From Podarcis bocagei (Eukaryota), in assembly GCA_964188305.1 (NCBI GenBank), contig OZ076887.1: DNA of 64,000 nucleotides; one strand, written 5' to 3'. The translations under genes and the position numbers were made by a program. Below, in pieces: positions 1 through 12,326 of the stretch. Below the pieces are notes generated by a model, which worked only from the letters and a program-made list of their open reading frames with translations, was not told where the DNA came from and did no database searches. The first letter of the stretch is position 1, and each line of letters begins with the position of its first letter.

Positions 1-222
1 TAGGTTGGGTTAACAGTCCAGAATAGTATTTGATACAGTAATTGTGGGTGAAGACAAGATTTACTCATCTATGCTAAGCTGGATTTTTTATTTTTACCTT
101 GAAATAGTGTACCATGAACTCTGCTGCATTGCTTAGTACTAGTTAAGCAACCATAATTTCACTGAAAAGCATTCTCTTCCTTAGTTTTGTACTTAAAGCT
201 GTTGTGTGTTTTTTTTTTCTAG

Positions 223-288
223 GAGAACGACATGACTGTGATAAAGAACTTTAGTAGAATAGACAATTTGTATAAGATGGAAGCAGAG
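223..288 (+). CDS. IRAK1BP1: IRAK1BP1 (SIMPL) internal coding exon, 66 nt, ENDMTVIKNFSRIDNLYKMEAE
   Basis: Polypyrimidine tract + AG at 221-222; peptide resembles recalled human AENITVTKDFRRVENAYHMEAE; ends at non-canonical GAG|GCAAGT donor; in frame with next exon. Confidence 0.88.
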
Positions 289-1251
289 GCAAGTGTCTTA
301 AGTATGAGTATTGGTCATGTGTCTCAAATACCCATATAGATATATATCAAGGGTGAAAATGGTTCCAGACTCATACATTACAGTATTACTGCTTGTGGTT
401 ATTTATATATTATCTTTTTTGCCATCCCACTCCTGAAGTATTTTCCTGCAATACCATCTTAATAGCCTTACAAAACTATGTCAGCATCACAGCACGCTTG
501 ATAATGAGGTACTGGTGTAGTTATTTATGGAAGCAGAAATTGAAACATCTACCAAATTTACAATCCAATCCTCAAAACATTCATATGGAAACTAAGAAAA
601 GCTTTCTTTATGTGAATTGTGTATAGAATTGCAGCCTTGGATCTAGGCATCAATCCCATACATGCTTATCTGGAAGTCTTATTGAACACAGTGTAGGGTA
701 GTTGTTGAGCTTTTTTTTTTTTAGAAAGGCCCAAAAGTTTGCTTTTTTAAAGGAAGCCACTGAAATTGTTGAGCTTTTTACAAAAACGCCAAGATGTCAA
801 TTCCAGACGTTTGACATCCCTAACACAACGGGACTTCTCATGCAGGATTGAATTGTCTTAAAATATTAGGAGCATGTTGATGTGCGGTTATAAACTAGGG
901 GTTAATATTAATTTCCTGAATGTCTTTCCAATTCTGCAAATTCATTGCTTCTCCGTAGTTGGTTCTACAAAACGATTGTCATTCTAAAAACTTGAATATG
1001 ACAAAAATTGTCTGCTTTAATTCCATATAATAATAAGCATACAGATATGAGTATTTATTATATATTGCTGAAAGCTATGTAAGCCACATTGAGCAAAACT
1101 TCCTCTGTACAGAGGTAGCATATAAATGAAAGTATAATCTAATTTAGCTTTGTACAAAATGCATATTATAATTGATTTTGTATTATTCATCTTTACCCAA
1201 TTTTTAGCTAAGACACTAAAAAGGCTTGCAAATTTTTACATTCCCATATAG

Positions 1252-1382
1252 GTCTGCATTACATTCAGTGATTTCGGCAAAATGCAAGACGTCTGTAACT
1301 TCCTTGTTGAGAAGCTAGGTAGCTCTGTTATCATCAGCCCACCTCACTTTTACCATACAGTGGAGGCAGTAGATGCCCTTCG
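1252..1382 (+). CDS. IRAK1BP1: IRAK1BP1 coding exon, 131 nt, VCITFSDFGKMQDVCNFLVEKLGSSVIISPPHFYHTVEAVDALR
   Basis: AG at 1250-1251, GTAAGT at 1383; SIMPL-domain peptide. Confidence 0.92.
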
Positions 1383-1965
1383 GTAAGTTATGTCTTCCTC
1401 CTTTTACCAGAAAGTTATGTCTTGCTAGCTTGATTTACCATTGCCATGCCTCTGGAAATCTGTTCTCTAATAAGTAGCCAAAGCTTCTATTTTGTTGACC
1501 AGTCCAAGAAAACAGCTGGTGGAATACACATGTTCATATAGATATGGCTCGTGCATAATAGTAAACCATTTATAAAATAAATGATGGTTTAAATTGAATG
1601 TGCTAGTGCACACAGTTGGAAACTGCAGGTGTTTTACTTTTGTCCTGTTGCTGGAAAACAAGCTGCATTATGTAAGAATCCAAGCTCATCTTTTGTTTCC
1701 CCCAAATAAACCATGAACAGTAAACCAAGAACAAACCTTGATTGCTACTCGTGACTTGGAGAGAAGCAGACCAGAAGCACTAAGCCAAGCCATGGCAGGA
1801 GCAAATCCCCCATGGAAGAGGTTGATATAATATTAAAGTAGACAAAAAAACGAAACAAGGCTCCATATTCTTCTGAAGGTTCTAAATTGGAATGTATCAT
1901 TAAGATGACAAATCATTCAGTCAAGCACCCCAATGCTGGTACATGAATAACCGTGAAATCCTGTA

Positions 1966-2181
1966 CAGTCATACCTCGGGTTGCGAACACTGTGGGTTGC
2001 ATGTTTTCGAGTTACGGACCACGGCGAACCCGGAAGTACCGGAACGGGTTACTTCCGGGTTTCAGCGCATGCGCAGAAGCACTAAATCACGCTTTGCAGA
2101 AGCGCCAAATCACGTCATGCGCGACGCGGGTTGCGAACGTGCCTCCTGCACAGATCACGTTCGCAACCCAAGGTTCCACTA
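1966..2181. mobile_element. Non-autonomous Tc1/mariner (Tigger-like) MITE
   Basis: TA|CAGTCATACCTCGGGTTGCGAAC ... GTTCGCAACCCAAGGTTCCACTA imperfect TIRs; CpG-rich with an internal palindrome. Confidence 0.7.
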
Positions 2182-2349
2182 CTCTCAGTAAAGTGGGAAC
2201 AGGATTGCAGCCTATGAGGAGGAGAAAGCCAGCCTAAGAAGAGATGAATGAAAATAAATGCAATCACATATATTTTGGCTTAGTTTCAGAGTTTTGCCTG
2301 TCTGGTATGGAAAGGTTGAAATGACAGTGCATGTATATAATAGCCACTG

Positions 2350-2428
2350 GAAGACAGGAGTGCCTGGCGTGCTCTGGTCCATGGGGTCACGAAGAGTCGG
2401 ACACGACTGAATGACTAAACAACAACAA
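2350..2428 (+). mobile_element. Bov-B/RTE LINE 3' terminal fragment
   Basis: GCCTGGCGTGCTCTGGTCCATGGGGTCACGAAGAGTCGGACACGACTGAATGACTAAACAACAACAA tail; flanked by an imperfect direct repeat GTATATAATA..CCACTG. Confidence 0.8.
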
Positions 2429-3241
2429 GTATATAATAACACCACTGAAGTGTATAAAGGCCTTGATTCAGATCTGAAGCATAAAGAACTATTAAACTGT
2501 TGAACGGCAGCAGCACGGTCTGTGAAAGCATGCAGTTGGTAAAACTTTCAAAGAGTGAATATAGATCAATGGTATCAAAGGGTAGGGCAGCTAACACTTC
2601 ATGCAAAACGACACAAAAGTTAAACGTTGCCTGTGGGAGAAAATTAAATACTTTTCCATTAGTTTGTTACATGTTTATTAACTGTTAACATATCAGAGCA
2701 GGGGAGATTCCACCACCAGCATACACCTCACTCTGGGCACAATGAGCTGGTTTTTGCTTTTTGCTCTGGAAAGAAAAGACAAATTAACTCTGTTCTGTGT
2801 GAGATCGGAACTTTATTTGCCTTTCTCAGCCTTTGACAAACTTACATTGGATTTCCAATCTGACATGGAACATGTGTGTTGTTATTTTTCACAACAATGT
2901 AAACTGGTGGAGTGGGGGAAGGGGGTTAATTTAGTTGTTTAAGTTGCATAAATTTTAAATGTCGTAAAATGGGGGAGGGGATAACATCACTGAATATATA
3001 GAGGCTGAAATCCTACACTGATACCTGGAATTAATCTCAATGAACTCAGTGACATACTTTTGGGTAGATCTGTATAGGATTGTACTGTTAGTTGCTTTGT
3101 GAAGGTCTTTCTCATTGAAAAGCAGAGTATACAGTGCTCAAAAGTAGGTACTACATTGGTTAACGGTTTTAATTGACACACTCCCTTTTTGTTGCTTTAA
3201 TTAGCTAAATCTTCTCATTTGTCTTTGTTTTTTTTTTGCAG

Positions 3242-3524
3242 ACGTCAGGTTTGTCTTGCTGCTGTTGGGAGTGCCCGGCAAAAAGCTCAAGAAGTTTGCC
3301 AGTTGCTTGGCCAGCCCCTTGGGAAGCCTTTGCTAATAAGGGAAGAGGAAGTGAAAGAGTGGGAGGGCCACCTCGAAAATCACTTGGCCAATGCCCCAGA
3401 CTCACTGGGTTTGCAGCAGAGACTCCAGAGTGCCACCATCTATGTTTCCTCAAGGGTATATGCTGTTTTTGAAATAAAGGGGGAAAGGAAGAGAAAACAA
3501 GCAGCTCACATAAATGTAAACTGA
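3242..3524 (+). CDS. IRAK1BP1: IRAK1BP1 last coding exon (RRQVCLAAVGSARQKAQEVC...FEIKGERKRKQAAHINVN*)
   Basis: T-rich acceptor CAG at 3239-3241; ORF 3219-3524; matches recalled IRAK1BP1 C-terminus; known tail-to-tail synteny with PHIP. Confidence 0.93.
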
Positions 3525-3810
3525 TTCAATACTGAAGTCCGGAATCATTGTGTTTTCCTTTGGGAAGAACATTATTCTTAGGAAGCTTAACTAGCTTTTC
3601 CTTAATCAAAATGTTAAAGTGACTCTGACGTTTGTTCACTTTTTAAACGATTCCATGAAATTGTAGCACAGGTTGTAATTCTCTGGACTTGGACGCAAGC
3701 TGTGGCTTGGATCCCAATTTACGTTTCATTTCTTGGAAGAAAACTTCTTGCCATGAAGAAGCCCTCGTGTTCATAGAAGACACTTTCCATTATCAGCAGC
3801 TCCTTCCATG

Positions 3811-3816
3811 AATAAA
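3811..3816 (+). promoter_or_regulatory. Candidate IRAK1BP1 polyadenylation signal AATAAA
   Basis: First AATAAA downstream of the stop codon; usage unverified. Confidence 0.3.
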
Positions 3817-6800
3817 ACAAACTTTGGAATCAACCTAGTGAATGCTTGTGATAGCCAGAGATACAAGTACATTTTTAATATACTGTTTAGAATAATTCTT
3901 AATGGCTGATGACAGAAACCAGTTTTTTTTCCAGTGTTTTACACTGGACAAATTGCATTTGGTGAAATGCCACATTGTCAGTGTAGTTCAAGAAATCTCC
4001 GTTGAGAGTAGTTTTATCAGGGGAGAAATTCCTTGGATGCCAGAAGCTCCTGGCCTTCAAATATAAGGATGTGCATTTACTGTCTGACATGAGAAATTTC
4101 TCAAATATAACCAGTCTGAGTTAAGAAATTATGAATAAGAGACGGAAATACTGTAAAACTGCATTGTTGCTGAAAAACTTGCTAATTTTTGGGTGTTGGT
4201 GGTGAGACTAAGCAAGGTGTTGAGTGATTTCTGCTTGAATAGTTTCACAGATTAAGGAATGCAGTTTAAACAAAAAGGATAGAACTTACAACTCTGCCTA
4301 TAGTTTCTTAATCTCCAATTTAATAAAATTCTAACTTTCCAACCTGCATGAACTATTCACTCTTTGTATTTCATCTGCAGTTTGCTATTTTTGTGGAATT
4401 TATTCTGGCTTTGCTAATGTAAGGAAGCAAGGTTATGGGGGCGGGGCAGCTTTTCCTAACAAGGAAATAATGCAGATGTTTTTCATTCTCCTAGCCCAAC
4501 ACAATGTCCATTTTATATTATAGTATATTATCATACCTGCCTATGCACCTGTTAAGAATAAGTGCCTTCAGAAAGAAAGTTGATCACACATCTCTGGATA
4601 ATAGAATTTGTAAGGCTGTCTCACACATGTAGTGATGGTAGTAAAATTTACCAGTTCCATTGGAGCATTTGTATTAAGAAACTAAGTTACTCTTGTTGCC
4701 AATCAATATCCTTTATATTTAAGTCATTAAGGTTGCAGTCCTGTAGAAACTTACCTGGGACTAAGACTCGTTGAAGTTGATGGGGCTTATTTTTGGGTCA
4801 ACATAGGATTGCAGTATGGTGAAAGTTTTTAGACACAACTTGTGTACTTCACACATTTATATTAGTTTAATAACAAAAGCAAAGCAGCTTAGAAAAACGA
4901 GTTTTCTATTTATTTAAAAATAGGTTTGTAGTTACTACATTGCAGTGACAGTAATTCATACACATACATTCTAGTTTGTATAAAAGGATTCCAAGTATTA
5001 TTCATCAAAACCAACGTAAGTGTTTCACATAACAATAAAAGTTTCGATCAATATGTACAAAAAGAAAGGGCACTGTTCATCCAGGTGTGAGACTGCACTT
5101 TATAACTTGATAAAGCAGAAGAGAAAGAAAATAACCTTGATAAAACCTAAACTTGTAAAACTGTATGTTGGTTACATGAACATTTTTGGGATTTACACCA
5201 TACTGTACAAAGTAAGCAAAGCTTTAAAATGTGTCAGTTTCAAAATTAGATGTTCCAGACAATTTCCTTAAGTCACACTACATTATATGTTTCAACATTA
5301 AGTGGCAAGATTTAAGGTATTCACTCAATAACTTTCTTTTCAATTTTTGCAGTGTAATGGTCCAAAAATGTAACTTCAAAATGTGTGTCAATAGCCTATC
5401 CTTTTTAAAACATGCATCTGAGATAAATATACCATGTTAAATGTCTTATGTGAAAGTGTAGAAATTTGGTGCTGTATCTTTAAAGGTGTAGTCATTTCCA
5501 GCACTAATTATATCATGAACAAAAATTTATACCATATCATGAAGCAATTATCTGCATTTATTTAAAATTCAAATATTCAGCATTTGGCTCCCTTTTTGGT
5601 ATCAAAAGAAAAATGTTTTTTTCATATAAATAGCTCCTTAAATTATTTACCCTTTAAAAAAGGCAAATTTGGGGTTTGGTCTTTAACAGCAAATATTATG
5701 CTATTTCCATCTTCAAAATGCCATCTCACATCTACGGTACTTTAACAAAAAATATCCTGAAATAAATGTAACCTTCCTGAAACAGAGGGTACCTTTTATT
5801 CCAAAATGTTGTGAACTAAATGGGAAAATGAGAGCAACAAAATAATTTTCTGCTTCACCATTATTCCAAGAGTAATTATGTAAAGTTAGCACATTTTAAA
5901 AAAAACACAATACCAGATTTTGTTATATTAGAAATAATTTTCAGACTTGGCCACTATATATGAAATGTACACCTTTTTTGAATTATAAACATATGTACAT
6001 TATTTACAGCAGAAACTGGACAGCCCTTTTATTAGATGAATGCTTAGGTCCAAGAAAGAACATGAAATGCAAGATTGATACATCAAAATTTACAACAAGG
6101 CTCAATCCAGTCGGTCCCTTACACACACTAGGACACAGCTGTCCCACAAGTGCACCTCTCCAGTTGTGGGAAGTCTGATGGCCGGTGTGGGTGAGATGGA
6201 TGGCAGGAAACTCCTGCATGCCCTGAGGATGCAAGGTACGACTGGATTGTGGCCTTAAGCTTTCATTAAATAGACCACCAGGAGCTCTTGCTTCAAAGCA
6301 AAGGATCCACATTCTTCAGCACAGTAGGATCAACTCTTTGCAGAAATCAACACACTTAAGAGCTGTGTGTATGGAGTTCTAGTTGGGGTCTTAGTATCAC
6401 TTTAGATGTACTAAAGCTCATGAAACTGAAAGCTCAAATTGGTATTTCACAAAGAGTCGTAACACAGCACATGACTTATGTACTGAAACTATGTCCCCAT
6501 TCATTTTTAAACGTTGAGAAGTACTACATGCTTTTGAATCGGTATTTTACAAAGATCAATCCAAACTAAGATAAAGTATTAAAGAACTGAATTAACCACA
6601 AATGGAAAAAATTGACAGTATGGTACGAATAATTTTGTGCAAGTTTACATCACAGCAGTACTATAGGAAGACAGGTTTTGTAAAGCTGCATCGCTACTCA
6701 TACCACAATGATAAAGATCATTTCTTCAGTACCCAGTATTATACCAATGTAATTCAAGCTTAATCCCTGGGAAACAATTAAATTTCAAACCCGCTTAGCC

Positions 6801-8890
6801 AAACAAGGGATTGATTACTGGAGTGAAAATGAACTTATTTCCCAATCAAAGAAAATGGAATGTGCTGCTATCAGACATCGTTGTATAGTAACCACTGGTT
6901 AATATTGAAGTAATTTAATGTTCAGCATTATGGAACTAATGGACCGCTCTGTATCAGAAGCTGTATTCAGTAGACTGCATTTTACATTTGTTTTCATTAC
7001 TGCCAAGTTTGTAAGATAATTGCTTGTGTGAATATCTGTAATTACCAACAGAAAGAGTGTCTACATAGTATTTTCCATGTAAATGTGCCATAAAATAAAT
7101 ATTACTTTGCTCTCAATAGTTTTATCCATAACACATTTCATTATGGTTTCTCCCTCCAAAAGTTAGTGAACCAGTATTTATTGCTTATATTAAAATGTGC
7201 TAAATCAAAAGCTCTTCTGTGTTGGTACAATAAATTTTTTGCAAATCGGTCAAATCTAACCAATGACAGTAATTTAAGTCAAACCAATGCAATTTACAGC
7301 ACTTATATAGTATATTTAGCACAATTACAGTTTTAAGTGTTTCTACACAAATGTATTACCAAAATAATGTTAGGAAAAAATAAGCTTGTGAATTCTTAGT
7401 ACAAAATTATTCATGAATGGGGAACAATACATTTGTGTACTGCAAATAAGACTTCGATTCTTTTGTTCTGAAATGTGTAATTTTCAGACACTATGATGGT
7501 GATGTGTACTATTCCATTCTCCAACGTTACATAGACATACTTGATGTATACAAGTATATACATAAATATATGCCAAGTGGGACATAGTTATAAATGGAGT
7601 AACTTACAGCAATGGGGTTTCATGTTTGCTTTGCCAAGTTCTTTTATATAACAATGCAGATAACAAAAGGAAATCACACATTTGAAATTGATTGCCTTCA
7701 TCAACAGTGAAATTCTTAAATGGACAAGATAAATCTACTGTAATGCTTCCATTGTGAAATGAACTATCACTGTACATAGGCTGCTGAAATATTTTCATGT
7801 TTAATGTCTGCAATATTAGTAAGAATGCATGTTTAAAAACATAAGTCAGTGTCCCAAATCCCATAATTATAATATGCTAATGAAAATAGGTATCCAAGGA
7901 GGACTAGTGCCAGTAGAATTTATTATTCTACTGTAAATCATGATTTGGCAAATACTCTTAGTTGAAGATATTTTCTTAAAAGCCAAACCAATATGGGTTA
8001 TTTAGAGGAGATGGTGATGGCAACTAACCAACCAAAACAGAATCTTCCCTGCCTCCAAACATTCTAAACTGGCCTGATCATAACGTCGATTAGTCTACTT
8101 CAGATAAAAGTGAATTATCTTGATGTTTATGAGTATTTGTGATAAAATCAGAAATGCATTTTAAGAACCAACTGCCATGGACACAAATGGATAAAAGATG
8201 CATATTAATCTTGAACCTCATACACCATCCACTGCGAGCAACATATGTGCACTAATTGAGTATCATGTTGCATACATAGCTGTGTTGCATACATAGTTCC
8301 TGAAGTTGCTTCCACCTGCAGTCCTCAAACCTGGACTGGAAACTACATATTAACACAGACTGTCAATGTTGCCAACATGGTAGACACACACAAAATGTAA
8401 GGTAATTGGTGCCGTCAACCTAGCTGTTTGGAGGGTAAGGATCTGGATATAACCTCCCATGCTTCCACTGGTGGTGGGGGGGAGGAGAATGTTAAAGGGG
8501 CTGCTTTTCCACCTCTCCAGATTATTGGCTCTACCATGTTGGCAAAACACAGCTAAACCTTCGGTTACGTGAATATAATACTGGTAACAACACACACAAA
8601 ACGTCAGGCTGTTTGTGACTATGCAACTTCTTTTTCAAAATCAATTCAACATGTAATATAAAATATCACAAGATGCAATTCCATAAATCAAGAGAACATA
8701 TTCTGATAAAGTCCAATGGATGGTCGGGAGAGACAGTCCATTCAGTTGTAAATTTGGCAAACAGGAAATAACCACGGCACGGTATGCTTAACCTGTGGCG
8801 TTCCACACCTCGCTGCTTTGAGGATTCTAGCGTTCTAGTGTTCCTTACATGTAGGTATCAGATGGAAAGCTTGAAAGTATGGAACGAAGG

Positions 8891-8941
8891 ATTCCGGGAC
8901 AATACCTTGTTTCGCCCCATCAAGCTTTGTCAGCCGTGAAT
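8891..8941 (-). ncRNA. Type I hammerhead ribozyme motif (G8A variant), sense to PHIP
   Basis: Minus strand: AUUCACGG CUGACAA A GC..GC GAAA CAA-GGUA-UUG UC CCGGAAU; helices I and III pair and the GUC site is present. Confidence 0.65.
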
Positions 8942-8994
8942 ACTCATAACTCTACCTATTATGTTCCATGTTTTTGGCACACAAGAATATGAAT

Positions 8995-9045
8995 ATGCAC
9001 GGCTGACGAAGCCAGATTGGGCGAAACAAGGTATTATCCCGGAAT
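8995..9045 (+). ncRNA. Type I hammerhead ribozyme motif, antisense to PHIP
   Basis: CGG CTGACGA A GCC-AGATTG-GGC GAAA CAA-GGTA-TTA TC CCG; core intact, C15.2-A16.2 mismatch in helix III. Confidence 0.7.
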
Positions 9046-11156
9046 CCTTATCGTGCCATACTTCCAAGCTTTCCATCTGATATCTACATGTAAGAAGCAC
9101 TAGAACGCTAGAATCCTCAAAGCAGCGAGATGTGGAACACCACAGGATAAGCATACCGTGCCGTGGTTATTGCCTGTTTGCCAAATTAATAACTGAATGG
9201 ACTGTCTCTCCTGACCATCCACTGGACTTTATCATAATATGTTCTGTTGATTTATGGAATTACACATTGTGATATTGTATATTACATGTTGAATTGTTTT
9301 TGAAAAAGAAGTTACATAGTCACAAACAGCCTGACGTTTTGTGTGTGTTGTTACCAGTATTATATTCACGTAACCGAAGGTTTAGCTGTGTTTTGTCAAC
9401 ATGGTAGAGCCAATAATCTGTTTGGAGAGGTGGAAAAGCAGCCCCTTTAACATTCCCCCCCCCCCACCAGTGGAAGCATGGGAGGTTATATTCAGATCCT
9501 TACCCTCCAAACAGCTAGGCTGCCGGCACCAGTTATCTTTTGAACAGGTATGTATACATCTGCATCTCTAGATTGAGGCTTACTTCTCCCAATGGGTGTT
9601 AAATGAAAAGTGTGGTTACATTTTTGTACCATGCAACTGTTTAAAGATGTATTTTGTCTTCTTTTAAACTGGACTATACTTTCAAACAATAGAAATTGTA
9701 TTAAAGTTTGTTTTAATACAAACTTTGTTTTAAAGGTATAAAATAAGTAAATGTACCATAAACAAATAAATAACTGTTTCTTTTTCCATAGCAGTACATA
9801 CAGCAATACATTCCCCTAAGTCATATAGTCATTTACAATAGACAACTTAAGTTTACTAAAGATGCACAAAATAATAGACTACAAGGCACAATCATTAAGT
9901 GGGATTTTCCTTTAGGGTGTATATATTGACTTATGTCAGCTTGATAAGTACACTGTAAAAAGTGCAGAAAAACAATGTGCAATGAGAACACTGTATAAAA
10001 CATGATTGCATAAAAAGTGATTTGGCCTTTTTATCTTTAATAATTGAAAATAACCAATCTTCCCCTTAAAATAAAAGTATGACATTTTAAATTTTTATCT
10101 AGTATTATCTAAAAAGTCCTGAAAAAAATTATTCCTGGGTAATATTGTATATATTTATGTGCTTGTGTACATAATATATACATACACAGACACTTTTTAA
10201 AATTTTAGTCAGTTTTAACACAATTTGTATAAACAATCAATCTGATCGCATCGTAAACATAAGAATCTCACACTTTTCCTGCAGTTTCCTTGAATCCTTT
10301 AACCCAATTATACATTTTGCCTAAGGATCCCACCAGTGCATTAATTGTTTTTACTACAAAGTACCAGTAGAGATAATTTTTCAGAACAGTGTATATTTAG
10401 AACATAGATTCATAAGCATAATTGAAAAATGTATGCTGCACTGACACTAAAAACTTTTCTACTGCACCGGTTTTCAGTCTTTGGCACAATAAACAGAGAT
10501 TTGATTGATACGAGAATGAAGGTCTGAAAAATTAGACATATTAGTCAAACTTTTTCCAATGTGGATATATATATCTACATAGTGTGATTTTTCTCTCTGG
10601 CTGAACCTAAATAAACCAACAAGCTGCACTAGGTTGGTTTGTACAAAGCTGTGTGCCCAATTACTACTGAAATTAAACATCTTATTAGCAATGTTTGGAA
10701 TTTTGCATTTGTTCTCAATGGCATTTACTGCCACACTCTGCTAATATCCTGCAAAACACAGATACTACACTCTATACAAATGTACTGTACCTTGCTCATT
10801 CAAAAATAGGAGTTCTGTTCTCAGTCTGTTACATTAAAAATTCTATCAATTTTAATCAAATAGAGGTTACTGACTGTCCAAAATTACAGTAACATTTCTG
10901 CAAATCAAGAATTTCCATTTATACAATCTTCAATACCAACTGAACAAAGTGAATTGAAATGTATAACCTACTTGGAGGGCAATAAATAGCAAAAGTTTAA
11001 AATACATACTTCTTTCAAAGAAATGTTCAGTTTGTTTTTGCTATACTTTTTCCAAATCAGAACGTATTCTCATTTGTAAATAGCAGCAGAAAGCGGATAT
11101 CCTTAGTTCTACCACTTCCTCAGCTGTACCTGTTTATTAGCATTTTTAAATGCTGG

Positions 11157-11833
11157 TTACCAACCAATGAGATTAGCCTTTGCTTTTTCAGTCAACTTGC
11201 GGACTCTGCCTCTGCTAGATGTCCCAAAAGTCAAAGAGGTGTCTTCAAACAATAGTTGTCTTTGCTCCTCCTCCGAGTCATCTTCATTGTAAAAAGCTGT
11301 CCTCCTACCCTGATTTCTAGTTCTCATGTGGGGTTCAGAATCTTTAAGTTCTTCATGCTCTTCTTCAATAGGTTCATCTGTCTTTTTTCTCTTGCTTCTC
11401 GTCTGAATCTTAGGATCTGCAGAAAACGTAAGTTCTAATCCTGGCTCTTGTGCCTCTGGCTTTCTTTTAGGCTTTCTGCCTCCACGCCCTTTTCTTTGCA
11501 ACAAGTCTTCCTTCACATTATTTTCAGAGAGAGAATTGCATGCAGTGGAAACAGATGCTTCCTCTGGTGGTGGTGGTGGTGGTGGTGGTGGTGATGTTAA
11601 GTCTTTAGTAGTCTGGATTGTGTTCTGCCCTAAATTCTTTTGCTGAGCAAGTAATAGTTTTTTTGGTTTCCTCCCTCTTTTCTTGTGCACCACTTCACAA
11701 CTATTGTTGTTTGTTTCAATCTTGGGTTTCCGTCCAGGACCCCTCTTAAACATAGGCTTTGAAGACTGTCCCCCATGTCCATTTACCTGGATGCTTCCTG
11801 ATGCCAAAGCCATGACATTATTCTTGCAATCTG
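11157..11833 (-). CDS. PHIP: PHIP last coding exon (exon 40)
   Basis: Ends ...[22 protein letters not shown], the recalled PHIP C-terminus; TAGCAG tandem acceptor (start 11833 or 11830). Confidence 0.96.
11565..11591 (-). repeat. (CCA)9 coding microsatellite encoding a poly-proline run in PHIP exon 40
   Basis: (TGG)9 on the + strand; translates to S-P9-EE. Confidence 0.9.
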
Positions 11834-12164
11834 CTATAAAGACAGAGTAACATGTCAGTGACTTGCATTACCCATCTCCTTTGCAAACAAATAAAAAATT
11901 AAGTGCAGCGCAATCCTAAGTATAGGACCAATCAGGCCTCAATTTAGTTGCATACAAATTAGACTCATCTGAATGATTAAACACACCAAAAACACCATAA
12001 AATTTTCTAGTATTAATCAGGGCTGTAAACTGATATACTAAAAACTTGCCTTATAAATTACTTAGTGGTTACTTGGTGGAAATTACTTTTAATCAATCTA
12101 AAACTGCAGCCCCAGTTATTATATATTCCATAATAACCAACATTTAAAAATACAAGAAGCTTAC

Positions 12165-12326
12165 CTTGTGGGCTGAGAGTGGAAGATTTTGGTTTACGTT
12201 TAATTTGTTTATCCTTCTCTACATTTTCTCTTGCAGTATTATTCCTAGTGTTATGAGTATAATTGGTTTGATTATGGACTGATAAAATATTCTGGTTCTT
12301 GGAATGTTTGGTGGAATCCTCTAGTA
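12165..12326 (-). CDS. PHIP: PHIP exon 39 (VLEDSTKHSK...LSPQ)
   Basis: AG/GT flanks, 162 nt, phase consistent. Confidence 0.85.

Larger units (their letters stand above)
8399..9539. repeat. Long inverted duplication (arms ~8399-8948 and ~8988-9539, ~40-nt spacer), probably derived from a Penelope-like element
   Basis: Arms are reverse complements at roughly 90% identity by eye; each has a hammerhead motif at its inner end. Confidence 0.92.
4880..11156 (-). other. PHIP: Putative long 3' UTR of PHIP
   Basis: AT-rich, mostly TE-poor sequence downstream of the stop; minus-strand AATAAA at 4909-4914 and ATTAAA at 4866-4871; mammalian PHIP has a multi-kb UTR; the end point is inferred. Confidence 0.5.
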
